Of a stretch of DNA of 64,000 nucleotides, positions 28,901 through 43,506 are shown one piece after another (position 1 is the first letter of the stretch; every line of letters starts with the position of its first letter). Both the position numbers and the translations under genes were made by a program. Under the pieces are notes generated by a model, which saw nothing but the letters and a program-made list of their open reading frames with translations, was not told the DNA's origin and did not search any database. The stretch spans positions 878,901 to 942,900 of the forward strand of contig CM082593.2 in assembly GCA_040954595.2 (NCBI GenBank), given 5' to 3'. This stretch comes from Balanoglossus misakiensis. Its lineage: Eukaryota; Animalia; Hemichordata.

Positions 28901-31326
28901 TTTATAGCACCATTTTATTTTGTGCGCACGGGCTTGTTCTGTGTTTTAATTGTTCGATAGTTAGTTGTCCGTTATTTCAATGGTTTATGCAATGCATGTT
29001 CACATATTACTTCCAATAACTGCAATTTTGGAATTGAAACAAGGGTAATAAAGTGAATTTCAAATCTGACCATCAATGGTTGCCATATGCCCTGTAACTC
29101 TGAAACAAACCACGTTTAAAAAAATATCTATAAAGGCATCTTAACCATGGGAAACATAGAGAAAGCTTTTGAATTAGCAGTATCTTAAATAAGCGAATTT
29201 ATACACACCTAGCTCATTTGCTAAAATAACATGCTAGCTAAAAAGACAGGTTTTACAATACTCTATTTGACTGAAACGGCTCATAGATACCTTATGCATA
29301 GCGAAGTCTGTTGCGACAGATACGAGATCTATATCTAGCCAAGCCTTGGTAATACGTGCTATCACATATCATCAATTTTACGACTGGATATGTTCAGCAG
29401 ATCGACATCACAGCGAAGATTTGCTGATAATCGTCATCACCTATCACCAATTTCATCATTATATGTCTCTGTTGAAGACCTGCTACTCTTAAATTAACTG
29501 GGAATGGAAACAGCATTTCTGAAATGCTACGTTTCCATCACAAAACTGCATGACCTAATAGCAATTGCAATAAATGGCGGAAATTTTACCTCAAAAGAGG
29601 AAATTCTGCGGCGACTAGATTTAACCTTTTAATCTTTTTTCATATCCTACATGTAAGCCCCCTCTGTCCAAGTCTCTTAACCTGGGTAACCCTAGGGTCC
29701 AATTAAACGCTCTTTGTTAAGGGGGCTTTGCTTTGGAATCCAGATACAATTACTAATACGCTGTTGTGTAATGCGTATATAATGAAGACAAGTAGATGAT
29801 CTTAAAGCACTAATAGTTTTATTTTTGCTTGAAGTGGTAAATATGTGAAACACATTAAAAGACTCAGGAAGGTTTTTGAAACTAGTCGGGGGGGGGGGGG
29901 GGGTCGAATACTCTCATCACAAGGAGTATTATACATGCGCCACCTGCATAGGCTACGTGACTTTTTCAACAAAAAATTCCTAAATGTAGGTCGACTTTTC
30001 ATCCACAATGTCAATAACTTAAGGTAGATATACTATAGTTGGGGTTTACAGTGTTGCAAGATCTTTTCGTGCAATTTTAATTACTATTTTTCAGAGCTGA
30101 ATCTGGAGATCGTTTTCTTAATATAACCTCACGAATATTTCATGGCCGGAAGAGACAATCTGTGTTGCAACGTTGTAGTGTATTAAGGCCTACAGATCCT
30201 GATCACGCTTTTCCTCAAATCAGAAACCAAGAAAAGGCAAATTCTACGAAAAAAGGAACTGAAAGAACGCTGTTGTAATTTAAGAGGCGGCCGAAAGGCA
30301 ACTAAAGAAAAATCGTGAAGGCTGCTCTAACATATAAATGGTAAATGTTATTGCAACCAGTGAAGTCAACAAAGTCATGTTTATCAGAAAAGATTAAAAG
30401 TATGTATATATGTATAGCTCTCAGCACGTCACGATTTAAACAAGTTTTTCACAGAAATCGCAAATCTCTGAAAATGTCCATGATATGATAAATTATAGTT
30501 TTTCTTCACTGCACCTTAAATAGCAGATGGTACTGCCTGAAACTTGTTTTTTGTCATTATTAAACAAACTACACAATGATCTAATTAAATCTGATTATTA
30601 CAGAATTTTATGTACCAAACATGATAACTGAATCGAGATTCATTGATTCTGAGAGAAACGTTATACGTAACTCCAATCCCGACGTTTTGTAACCCACGAT
30701 TGTGAATCTTAAATAACAGTTGCCGCAAGCCATTCTACATACAGCGGTATTAAATATACTAAGCAGCGGAAATTACTTTTTAGCTTACAGTTGGTTTTCC
30801 ATGTTTGCCTACAAATGCTTACATCGGGGCAAGGATAACATTTCACGGAACCAGTGTTAATTGAATAATTTTTGTGCACGGGCCCATTCCCTGCCATACT
30901 TGAACGTGGAGTTCAGCAGCCTTGAAGGTAAAATGACCCTCGAAAATCAGTTTAAACTTGTCTCCACATTTTGCCCAAGGCAACTTCAGATTATTCTCTT
31001 TTCAAAGTTAAAGTAAATGACAATACCGTACTTTCGTTCAATTTCTTAGGATATACCAAGGCCAGAAACTGGGCATATGGAAGGCCCGGTAATGGGTATA
31101 TTTAATTCAATGCATAAAGACTTGCGGGTCCACTCGGAACGCGTCATTGTATACACCACTACTGCTCAACACACGATGTTGCAATACTGTAGTTTAGTAT
31201 GCCATCTTCAAAACATATCTCAGCTGCAGTTACTTACAGTGAAATGATCTTTTCTGCGCCGTCGGTACCATCCGAGAATTAACAAGACGCGCCTTGGTAC
31301 AAAAGTGACAAGAAGTACTATCTAAG

Positions 31327-34300
31327 ATGGAATCCATCACCGATAATGTTTCCTCGTATGAAAATGTTTCCTACATGTACGAGGAAAACTGCGGTAATTA
31401 CGAGAAGCCTTCTGGAATTCCAACAGGGGGACAAGTTGCTCTTGTAATCATCTACAGTATCACCGCCTTACTGGCGGTCTTCGGTAACGCCGCCGTCATA
31501 TTTGTGCTTGCTTGCAGCGGCAGGACGAGAACTGACTTAAACACGTTCCTCATCAATCTCTCCGTCTCCGATGTTACCATGGCGATTTTCTGCATACCTT
31601 TCTCCTTCGTTCAAGCCATGCTGGGTCACTGGATTTTTGGCAGAAGTTTGTGTAAAGTGGTTGTCTTTATGCAGCAGGTAGGTGTCCCACAAATATACTC
31701 TTGCGGGGGGACGTTCAAAATCAACAAGTTGATAGAATATGGTTGTTACTGTGCAATTTCAAAAACCAGACCAAGGATTGCATTACAAGATCATGAATCA
31801 TGATGACATCATATTATCAAGTTCATTTTTTTCAAATATGCGGCTTGCTGTATGCCCTGACAACTTCCTAAACACTTCTCTCTTCAGTGTCTGTCTACAT
31901 GGTTGACTACGAGTGTATCAACTCCCAGGACGAACTTAGTCAGACATTTCTGGCGGCAAAATCTATCTAAGCAAATCACGAAGTTGGTTGTAATTTTACA
32001 GAACTATCAGATTTCTTAAACATTTCCAATCACCTATACGTTTTGTGGGTCAATTTGTTCTTAATTGCAAGTCAAAAGGAAAATTGCTTTTGCAGGTAGG
32101 AACATACATCAACACAGTGAATGTAATAAAGTGGATTCAACTCTTAAATATCAAGTGTCACGAATATATTGAAATGTCAGGTAGAAAGAACCTCCAAAAG
32201 TGTCACACCTGTGGCTACAACCATTTTCAAGTCTCCAACATCCATTTCCTGAAAGTTAATAGTTCTGACATATGCTCTATACATGTTCTAAGTGTGTTCC
32301 CTTCGCGGGCAGTCTTGCTACAACACAGGTAGTGCAATTTGGAGTTTTGTTACCACATTCGTATTTCGAATTTCTTTTGACTTCAGACAAGGTTTGATTT
32401 GTGAGTGAGCCATATTACTATTAGATGACATTGTATCATATGATACATTTAACCTTTCACGTAATGTTCAAGGCAACCTTTTAATGTCAACCATGTCTGG
32501 AACATATGCACTGGCGGTTCAAGCAAGGATTTTCTTGAAACGTGATGAGCGCACAATGTTTGTTTTCAAAATCAACACATTTTGGTACAAAATTAACAGA
32601 AAGTTTCTCAGTATAAGGTTTACGCATGTGTTGGTGACAATATGCCACTTGCCTTTTTAGTCATTTTAGAATACTCTTATATTCAATCAACTGCTTACCT
32701 AGTACCGGTAAGTCCCTGAACTAAACACTGATTACTACTTTGAATAATATGATATTATGAATGGAACGATATCTTAGTGTACACTTTGATGACATATCTT
32801 GACTAAGCATGTTCCCAGAGTCGGGAAAGTACACTCAGGTAGTATCATCAAATATGCCACACTTATATACACTAAATGCCCAAAGGAAATCCTTCATCCG
32901 AAGGGCCTTACTCACGCTTATACAAGCACGGCAAAATATCTGCTTGAATGCTTGACTAAATACACATCGTGAAGGTAGTTGACGATTATGTAATTTATAA
33001 ACCGGTGTCAATGAACCAACATGTCACGCACGGATAACACTGCTTCCTGTTCGTGACTTCTTTGAAGTATTCTCAGTTGCGTCTCAGGCTAACTTTATCC
33101 GCGGTACAGGATGAAAACATGTGATGTCTCTCATGACAGATTTTTTTCGCTTGAGATACCTCTCGGAGTACTGTTACACTCACGTGGGATACACGATTGT
33201 CTTACACTATTCAATTTCCGATGTAAATTGAAACGTTTGTACGGCCATGCATGCCGGATGTATCGCCCGGGTTGACAGAAGTGGACGCTATATTCCCTTC
33301 CAAGTTTCCAAGAAGAAGTCGGCCCATTTTTTGTCTCCTGATGATATTACACATCGTGGTCACGTTGTGTCACATGACTACTAGTTCCAAGGTAAAAAAA
33401 TTGCCGCGCATCTCAGATTATTCAAATCAAATTTACTGTAAAATGGGTTATTTTCGCGAGCAATAAATTTTCGCGAAATGCGAGAGCGCGAATATTAATC
33501 CTCATGTGACAGTTGCCTCTTTTGATATCGCGAAAATTTCTTGTCGCGAAAATAACCCATTTTACAGCATGATGTTTGACGTAAATGTTTAATGGTTGGT
33601 ACATCTACAACATCTAACACGCGCAGACGTTCAAAACTGGCCAGGTGTGTGTGTGTGTGTGCATTGTGGAAGGGGAACCTTTAGGGAATCATCAAATATT
33701 CACAAGCCAATTGTGGCAGATTCAATAAACATCTCGGTTTACTCACTGTTTGTATTTGATCCCGGATGAGCTGTGATCAGAGTAAAATGGACAGGAACTT
33801 GTCAACAACGTGCGGTAATTCTGTAATTTTACTCCATCGGAAAACTGTCATCTGCAGGAAAAACAAAAACACATCGCAAGACTTCTTTAGTTATTGTACG
33901 GATAAAATGACGCTTGCAATTGAAGAACATTGACTTCCGTCATTATCACAGAAAGGTTACACGTATCTCGTTGATCTGTAATTCAATATAGATAACACAT
34001 CAGTAAGGTAGATGACTTGGCTACTTGATATTCGTTGACCTTCATTGCTGTGGCATCAACGTAATGCAGTGTGTGTATCTCTTTCAAGTAGAATTAGGTG
34101 CAAATTTTATTAAAAGAACTTTGGGAGGCTTTTGCTGAATTACCAATGTTCTCATTTCAATTGCAAAACGGGATTCGGATTTATACGGATGAAATGATTA
34201 AAATACGATACATAAATAATAATAGTTTCTATATTTTATCTTTTTCAGGTGTCGGTCACAATAAGTATATACACCCTGGTAGCTATTGGTGTCGATCGGT

Positions 34301-35691
34301 TCTTTGCTGTATATTACCCGATGAAGAAACGAATGTCGAAACATACGTCCAAGCTAACTATTTTGTTTATCTGGATTGCGGCGCTCTCCTTATCTGTAGT
34401 TCAACTATTCTACGTGCGTGTGAAGGAATACACTGTTTCGTGCACTCAGAGCCTTTTAATCTGTGACGAGTGGTGGCCACAGAAGAATATAGGCATTGCA
34501 TATGAATTATTCATCATGACCATCACCTATGTGATTCCGCTGTGTGTTTTGGCTTTCACGTATTTCCTGGTGGCACGACGTCTTTGGGGACGCAGCATCC
34601 CGGGAAATGCGCATCAGAACAGAGACCTGACCCATTCCCGCTCCAAGAGAAAGGTTTGAGAAATCTTTTTGCATTATGTTTACCGCATCAACTGACTTGT
34701 TTTGCTCTTCTTCCCCGTATGGGCCCAGTCGTGAAAGTTGCAAAAAGTGTAAATTTTAAAATGATTGTGTTTGATTATTTCCAACAGGTGATCAAAATGC
34801 TGGCGATAATCGTATTCCTATTCGCATTCTGTTGGCTACCACTTGTAATCCTCAATGTCCTAAGCAGGTTCCGCATCATTGAAAACAAGATTGTTGTCAT
34901 CTTCTACTTCTGTTGTCACTGGCTAGCAATGGCAAACAGTTTCATCAATCCCATCGTATATGGTTTTCTGAACGACAGCTTTAGGGTAAGTGAGTTTAGT
35001 ATTTGCATCTGGAACAGATTTTCAGGAAAATGATAGTCCTCCAAACCATACAATTCTTTGCTATATATTAAAGGGTTTGGTGTGTGAATTGCCAGACTTG
35101 TCATGTGTTCAGAAAACTGGCAAATTTCGCCGCCGTGCAAATGTCTTTTTATTCGACACAGTATGCAATGTTTGCAAATGCTCCTAGGATAGAGATTTCA
35201 ATTAGATATCAAGGGCATGGCACTGACACTTTAAAACGTGTGAAAGGTGTTTTAAAAAGAAGGAAGAAAACTGGATGTTCAACGAGAGAAGGGTTGTTCT
35301 TTTTCATCTTCACCATCTACGCGAACAAGTCTTACATGTATACGTTTGCATAATTATCTGGTTCTCGCTGTGTTTTGATTTATACAGACAGACCTGAAGC
35401 GCTTTTTCTCCAATTGTTCATTCGGGAGCGAGAGATTGCAGCTGCAATTCACATTTCGTTCCAGTGTGCGCACAACATCCACTGTCACCTTGCCACGGAG
35501 TAGGTCAAGTTCAAACTCTTACACATTGAGAACAATGGCTGTTAATTCGATGGCCGGGCGTAATGATATCACAATGATTGATGGAAATTTGCCTGAACGG
35601 TAAGAGTTCATATTTCGATTTTCACTTGTACGATATAGAAATTAAGGTTCATTTTGTTCCCATTCACTGGTTTTCCTAGATTTGCAAACAT

Positions 35692-35723
<32 letters not shown>

Positions 35724-36069
35724 TGTTAGTATTATTGTTGTTGGCACATGTATTATAGTAATGGCTGCCAGGCAATATGGTGTAGGTCACAGAGGGTGAT
35801 TTTTGCATTAATGTCTCCTGAACTGCAGACAACATTTCAGACTTGTGTTCTGTGACGGCAGATTTACAGTGTGGACAATAAAGACATGTGTGAAATAAAT
35901 ACAACTTCCATTTGTCCTTGACACTCTCTAATTTGTATCCAGAAAACTTTCCTGTTGTCCTTACTTCTTGATAAATGCGGTTTATTACAGGGCCAACGTT
36001 ATTGATCTGGGCGACATGCAGACGAATCATGTTTTTGAGAAACCGCGTCCTGATGTGTATTTTAACTAA
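31327..36069 (+). CDS. Rhodopsin-family neuropeptide GPCR, ~414 aa, copy B (tandem paralog of copy A)
   Basis: Exons 31327-31677, 34249-34653, 34788-34985, 35388-35599 and 35991-36069. Intron positions and phases are the same as copy A. The last exon ANVIDLGDMQTNHVFEKPRPDVYFN* is homologous to copy A's ATVIDLGDKQKNLIFGKPRPDVFYN*. Confidence 0.9.
33436..33567. mobile_element. MITE with 24-bp terminal inverted repeats, probably TA-target (Tc1/mariner-type)
   Basis: ctgtaaaatgggttattttcgcga ... tcgcgaaaataacccattttacag, flanked by ta on the left and ca on the right (mutated TA). Lies in intron 1 of GPCR copy B. Confidence 0.75.
35692..35721. repeat. (ATC)n microsatellite
   Basis: atcatcatc run in intron 4 of copy B. 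It explains the poly-D stretch in the spurious ORF 35608-36189. Confidence 0.9.
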
Positions 36070-39000
36070 AAGGACATAATATATGCGCATAATCTGATTA
36101 AAATTAGATGTAGAGTTGGCTCGGTCTTTACAATTTAGTTCTTTCTTTGCTGTTCTGTTGGCGAAATGATCAGAGAAAGGAATAGACAAGAACCAGCATG
36201 AAAGAATGATCGAGATAACTCTCGATCTGCTTTCTGATAGTGTTACCTAAATTATTCAAAGAGCTCTAGTTCCATCACTTGGTAGCTGATTTGTAAAGAA
36301 CTTTTATGTGTAATGTATTTAGATATATTAATGAACAACTATTTTTTAATGTTTAATGCTTCATATTCTTCTATTTGACTACTTCTATACTTAGTTGTTG
36401 GTATATGTACATGAGGTAGTAATATTCTGATTAGTTTTCATAGTTATGTATCCTTGGACACTTGTGACATGAATTAATTCGTTTCGACTAAATAGATATT
36501 AAATATGTTGTTGACCGTGGTATTTTCAAATTGGTAGAATCTGTTAATTGTTGCACTTCCGAGAAATGTACTCAATGACATTTAAATACCGAAACTTTCA
36601 CCATCAAAGTCACTACGTCGTGAACGTTTCCATAGATACAAGGCTTAAAAATCCAATAACTATGATTTTGTGCATTTCAAGGTAGAACATTTTTGCATAC
36701 AAAGTACAGTTGGGAAGGAATGAGATATTTAACATTTTAAACACAAATCTGAATATTCAATCCCCAGTATGTTTCATTAAATTTAAGTGTTGAAATTCAA
36801 CGTAAGCTTATTTGTAAATATTTCACCTTATACACTGATTAAATATTACTATGTTATGTCGTTCTCTACAATCGTTAAAATCGCTTTACTTTGTCTTTTC
36901 CCACCACTCAAGAACAACCATCCATGATCTGAAGAGAACTGACGCCATGATGGAGCGCACCCTCTTTGTCAGCGCGAAATGCCTTTCAATCTTTTGCAAG
37001 AGCTGAGAGCAGCGGTGAATGCAGAAACCTATGAAGATACCGTAGGTTTCCCGAAACGCTGCACATTATTTGTAAATAGAAATTAATAATTTAGTTTATT
37101 TGTGCTACATTTTTGACATCACTGTTTTGACATCACTGTTTTATATTTTGAAATAACATAAAACACGCTTGAGTGAACGAAATGTTTTATACCATGATTG
37201 CAGATTCCTCTATAGAGTTTGGTATGTATATACCATCTGCAGACTCTTAAATATCAAGCATGTCAGACAGACAGACAGGCAGACAGACGTCACCTTTGCA
37301 TTATCTGTCATGTCGAGCAATAAACTCGAAAGAGGATCATGGAATTAAAAGAGGACACATAGCTTGGGCAACAAGTGATGTACGTGCATCTATGTCCCTG
37401 CTTTCGGATACAGAAACATTAACCTCAGCATAATTACAGACATTCCAAGATTCAAGTTCCGCTGGCGTAATTCACTTGCCTAATTGTAATTGTAAGCATG
37501 TTTTCTGAGATCCCCGACAGAATGTCGCCAACATCAAAAGGACTCCACGTTTGAAGTGCAAATTCTTGTGAACGTAAGAATGTTTTCGTATAATACATGC
37601 CACAATTGATATCGTTCAAGTGACTGAAATCAGTCTGACTCTGACATGGACTTCTTGGCCTTCAAAACACGGAAAAGTCTTGTAATTCCAATGGTGATCC
37701 GCTTTGTATGCTAAGGACTTAGTCACGGTAAACCATTTTAATTCCCCAAGAATTTACGAAAAAGCTACATGAGCATCTATTAACGCGAAAGCTTACAATA
37801 GAGAATTTCAAAAGTGACATTTACCGAACATACGTGTATCATTTATTGTCCATGCAGTTTATGCCCACAAACACGAGATTCAAAGCCGCAAAAAAATGAC
37901 AATTAGAGTTATTGCAATATTGGTGCCTTAATATAGCAAAGAATGAAAAAGAATTCTGGGATTATCAATTTCTGAAATTTGTCCCCAAGGCGCGTCGTAA
38001 TACCTTATTTTGTATTAAAGTCTACTCTTTTCCATTCTTCATCAAAAAAACGAAAAAAACATTTTCAAGATGCATCTTACGTACTGTACATCCTTAACTC
38101 GCAGGCTTACACACACTGCAAGCACGTCGGTGTCTTTGTGATATCAATTTCATCAGCAGCAGTATTAACTTTGCGGGAATTATCAATATTACAGGGTAGG
38201 GCTTCGATAACACTATAATAGGCAGCCGCAAAGCGTACCCAACTAGACTTAGTTTGGCTTTAAGTCAGAACTTCGAGTCTCAGGCATTTGAGTAACAAGC
38301 GAGGGGGGAGGGGGAGGGGGGCAGTGGTGAGCAAGTCTGCGTCACTGTTCAGTGTTCACGTGCTTGGCTCTTACGTCACTGTTAATGACGAGAATGTGTT
38401 GATCAACCCACAGCTACAAACATATGCCTGTGGAATACTAAGTAGAAATGCGTAGGCAGAATGCTCATTTGATTTCTGAACCAATCGGAGGAGGCGATTT
38501 CGATCGGAAGTATTCAGTTGTAAAGCACTTTATGTCTGAGCCATCATGATATCACATTTTACTCATCTTTTGAACTTTTTATTTTTAACTTTCTCCTTAA
38601 ACTCGCGACCTCTAGAGATCTTCTGAATGAGGTCTCATGGTTTGAGTATTGATCTCCCATACCTATCAGTCACTGCTCTCAACAGATACAGATGATTTGA
38701 ATTAATCACTTCACCTGTTTCTTGGGTCAAATTAACCTGACGGCGATTGTGGTTTCGTTCGTGTGGTTTCGTTTGTGGGAGTAGGTTTTCACAACAGTAT
38801 GTTAGGCATGTGATTTGATGCTTTAAAATGCAATAAGTGCACATACCTTTCCAAAGCTGCTCTGTATAAACAAACACATGCACTATAGTTGGGATTGCTT
38901 TTAGTACAAAGCAAAAACTTTGCATCTTGAGCTGTATCTTTTCGCCGTTGATTTTACTCTAATTGATGGGAAGGCAACATAAACTGAAGGAGTCGTGACT

Positions 39001-40679
39001 CCGCCCAGCTGGGTAGCTTCATCTCTTGTTAGAAATTACATCTCCGATCCGGAAGCCGGAAATATTTGTTCCAGGGGTAGAACTAATTAAGTGCGTTTGG
39101 AATCAACTCACAAGGCCGGCCACAAGGATTCATTCTGATCCTCATCTATGCTGGTAAGTACATCATTATACGCCACCAGAAACAACAAGAAAATGCTCCG
39201 CGGGATGTTATTTAACTCACAGTTCCCCAAGACCTCAATCCCACAGAAGTACATCTGAGATTTCTTGGGGGCAGTTGTGCTGTTTACAATTACAGAGGCT
39301 GTGGCCAAAGAAATCTAAGATACATTATTTCCAGAATAATATACCCTTTTGCCAGGAAAGGGTATCATTTTTGTTCATGACAGTACCTGTAATATCTAAT
39401 ATTTTTGTAAATAATATATCCCTAATTCCGACATACTGGCAGTGTGTCAGACCACAGCACGGCGGTTCTTTGTGATCAAGAAAAGAACTTCAGGGACACG
39501 TGGACATTTAAGACTTGCACACGACGTTTTGGCCAATGAAGTTTCTTCATAGCAAAGAATTGCTGCTGTGACAAAGTTATCTAATTAGCAACCTGTACAG
39601 CCAGCAGGCATTGATTTCCCCAAAGGCCCTAGCACACATGCGTACATAGACATAGCGGCATGATCTAAACCACGGAGAAGTAATAGATATTCAATCCATG
39701 CGTTTGTTGCCGTTAGCGATTTTTGCAGACTTTTAGACACAAAACACGTCCCTTTCAAATAAGGAAATATAACAAGTCATTCATTCATTCAAGGAAACAA
39801 AATAACCTGGTTGGTATCATATTATTCATCAATAACAGAGCTTAAGTCAACAAATCTTGCAATTCTTACAATAATTCTTATCAAAAGTGACGTCTATAAC
39901 CTCACTATCTTGGAATCGATATCAGACTAAAAGATCACATCTCATTAATGAATGTTAGCACAACGAATGCCACTATACCTGTACCCACCAGTTTAATTTG
40001 AGTAATAAGGAATCATTTTTTGCCAAAATTACTTTGACGTTGTCAATTTTATGATAATTGAAATTTACCATCGTGCCAATCTGTGTCACAAGATATTTCA
40101 GTCAATTTTTGTAGGGACGTACCAGACTGTTGATGGCTACAAGAAGACGGAGGATGTACACAATCTAACTTCCAACTATCATTTTTCTGAAAATCTGTCT
40201 CCGTGGCGCAATATACCAATGATATGCCGCACGGTTGAAGCATTTGCTTTAAGGGTAAACAGGGCAACAGTCGAACAAATGACGTCACGGTTGACATTCA
40301 ACAAAGCAACGACAATACGCATATGATGCTAAACGATACAGAAAATCTCATTGGTCTGCTGTGTCATCTTTGAAAATGGAAAAGGGTTAATGAGTATCAA
40401 TGTCTGACATTTCCAGGTTCATACTTCGTTGTGTGTCAGATGATCCCTGTGTTCTTCGTATTAATCAAGGAAAAAAGTATGCAGCTGAGCCTCATGGCTG
40501 TATGGTCTTATTTTATATAAAACGTTTCTGCGTCAGAAGGAAAGCATATAATACGAGTGCTATTTGCTGTACTGGTGTCTGTCGCACTCACAGATGAAAT
40601 AATCAAAATTATCAGTACTTTGCCGTCAGTACAAAGAATGCTGTCAGACGTGTAAGGCCAGATAGCTGAACAAGAACAA

Positions 40680-40762
40680 AACAGACAGGCAGGCAGACTG
40701 ACAGGCAGACAGACTGACAGGCAGGCAGGCAGACTGACAGACTGACAGACAGACAGACAGAC
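40680..40762. repeat. Compound (AGAC/AGGC)n microsatellite
   Basis: acagacaggcaggcagactgac... tetranucleotide mosaic. Similar tracts occur at ~37263-37288 and ~41794-41835. Confidence 0.8.
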
Positions 40763-42492
40763 ATAATTTTCATTGCAGAAAAAAAGTCATGTGGACAGAG
40801 ATATATGGCTAAGATTTTCCTCTGGCTATTAGTTGCAATCCCTTCAATATCTTGATCTGCTTATCTCCCTGAGGTGAATTGGATTCCTCAGCAAAGCCTG
40901 AAAACATCATGAAGGTAATGTCGATTGACACAACATTACGTGGGAAGGTGGTTCAGGGTACAGTTCAAGCTTTTATATTCGCACATTATATGCGAACCCA
41001 TAAATTGTGTTCTCTCTGGTGGTGCTTTGAAAACATAAGGCAAGAATGTCACTTAATTGGCAACAGAAAACCTGCAGTTTTCACAAGGTATCAGAATTCT
41101 AAGTACAATATCATACATGGCATGAATTGCCTCAAATGACAGACTGGTTGGCGCATGTCGGTGTCAATTTACTTCTTTTGCGCTAACGGGCTCATGAGAG
41201 TCAGACGACATTTTACTTGTAGAGTTTGATCACGGTAGCAAAAAGGTGATTTCATGTAAACATCAAGGTTTTTACATCATGTATTATCAAGTATCTCTGT
41301 CTCTTGACGGTTCTTCATTGTCGGAATTAGGAACTTAGGTGCGAGTGAGAAATAATAGAAAACTAATTACTTGTCTGCTGATCAGATAAAAAGGCTGTAA
41401 CCAAGATTTAAGATAAAAAAATATTCATGTACACTGACGCAAGTTTACTTCCTTCTCGCTCTGTCTGGGAACATTTAAAATCAATCTATCAGTAGTGTCG
41501 CCATGGCGCCAGGTACTTCTGCAGTAATGAGCTTTTCTGTGAGGGTCAACAGGATTTATATTAAACTGGAATTTGTCTGGAGAAGAAAATCTATTAAAGA
41601 CAAAGCAATGGTATAATTCAGGGTCTTTTTGGGTGACCTTTTGCGTCAACCAGAGTAATTAGAGTTCTGGATTTACGCGAGGGGAATTTTACGAAGTAGA
41701 CTTATGCAAAATATCCAGGGTATTTCTATGTAATCTGCTCATTAACTAGACTGATTAGTTTATCCTAAGACAGTAGAAATGGTATATCAAAGAACAGACA
41801 GACAGACATAGACATAGACAGACAGACAAACACAGACTATGGTGAATCTGGTGGAAGCTACAACACTGCTTGGGGGATACATGACTTCAACTATACCGGG
41901 TATATATCCCGTTAGATATGCGAGCTAGCCTGTATGGTTTTTCTGAAAGGTCGATCTAACCAGATCAATTTGACAGCCTGTGATGTGCACCTTAAACACT
42001 GAATTCTGAGCCACTCCACAGGGACTGCATTGCTAATGCCTTTGACACAATGTTACGGACGTTTCTATCAACTTGAAGTAAAGCCAATTTGACTTTTAAT
42101 GTTGTCGTGACGTACGTAGTCCATGTATCTCAAAAAAAAGGCACACCGCTTGTGGTTATTGATGGTCATATATGTCATCACCTTTTCAGAACGAATAAGG
42201 ATTCCCTAAGGTTCTCTGATTACACTACTTGTTTTTTGAACCCTGCAAGACATTTCCTACTGTTCAGGATTCTTGTTCAATACCTGTCTATGATACTTGA
42301 TACCGGGCACAGGCAAATAAAATAATAAAATTTTAATACGCCATAAATTTTGAAACATAAACATCATGGCCTATACTGGTTAAATGTGTACCTGGCCAAT
42401 AATTTTTGGGATATTTAAAAAATCATATTTATTTAATATTATTTACTAATTTGCTATAAACTTTTATATTAATTATATCATGGATGATTATA

Positions 42493-42632
42493 GACCACTT
42501 TGCGGATAGGGTATCTGCAATGCATGATGGTATAATTTGCGTTCAACATAGCGGCTAGTGCATGGCTAACGCACGCGCTCAGAACGCAAACTGTCCCACA
42601 ACACCCTGCGTTATGCTATCCGCGAAGTGGTC
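42493..42632. mobile_element. MITE-like element with 17-bp imperfect terminal inverted repeats
   Basis: gaccactttgcggatag ... ctatccgcgaagtggtc (one mismatch) encloses a GC-richer core in AT-rich flanks. Confidence 0.6.
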
Positions 42633-43506
42633 CATGGTATATGGCCTAATAACACACAGAACAAAACTGAATTATAAACTTACCGTAAACGTCTTCAACT
42701 GGTGTGAAGTGGTGAGGGCGCTGTGACAATCATAATTTGAACTTGACTTTAAACTGTTTAGAACATGTCACTGTGGAATGGATATAACAAATAGCACAGC
42801 TTAAGTAATTACCCAAAAGATGTAATTTAGAGTCAGTTTATGTTAACTTAAACATTAAGCAACTGTTAAGTTGCACACAAAAATAAACTAGGACCAGTTG
42901 TTCGCAGTTGTTGATAGGACATCTCTTTATTGATACAATTTTCATAATTGTAAAGAAATACCTGAACATTAATTATTGTACAATTGCAACATTAACTTCA
43001 CAATGAACAGAATTCACCTCATGGTGAGAAAAACAAAGTGACATCTTGCCATTCATTGCTGTGTAAATCTTTGTTTTATTTTTGATAGCAGTATTGTTGT
43101 AAGATACATGTAGCCACCAGAACATGTAGAAACTCTGGTACATTTGGCAAAAAAATGCTAAGTATACATCACACATGACCACTGGAAAGTGATTACACAT
43201 TTCGTCACTTGTAATTGCTACTCACATTGTGTACATATTGTACTTCATACATACATGTATATTGTCGTAGGTTGTCAACTGTGTAATATTTGTTAGAAAG
43301 TTTATTTAATCACATGGTTCAGCTACATTGTATAATGTATGGCTTAGCTTTGGGTTCCATTTTCTGAAATTAGTTGATTCATCAGTCATGAAACTTCATT
43401 CTTACATCAGCTGATTTTTTTCTGGCTTCACAAGAATTTGTTTTGAACATTTTCATCAAAAAAGTATGAATGAAGCTTAGAGTCCAACTGATACAACAAA
43501 ACTCTC

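Noticed and set aside
29887-29903. Poly-G run (also poly-C at ~27797 and a G-rich tract at ~38303) as G-quadruplex elements
   Set aside because: These are isolated homopolymers with no supporting context, and their lengths are unreliable in assemblies.
35608-36189. 193-aa minus-strand ORF with poly-Asp
   Set aside because: It is antisense to GPCR copy B intron 4/exon 5, the poly-D comes from an (ATC)n microsatellite, and no domain is recognisable.
36925-37062. Hammerhead-ribozyme-like words (ctgaaga...gaaa; atgaaga...cgaaac) and the hairpin gaaacctat/gtaggtttc
   Set aside because: Stems I and III cannot be paired convincingly around a UH cleavage site. At best this is a decayed Penelope-type remnant.
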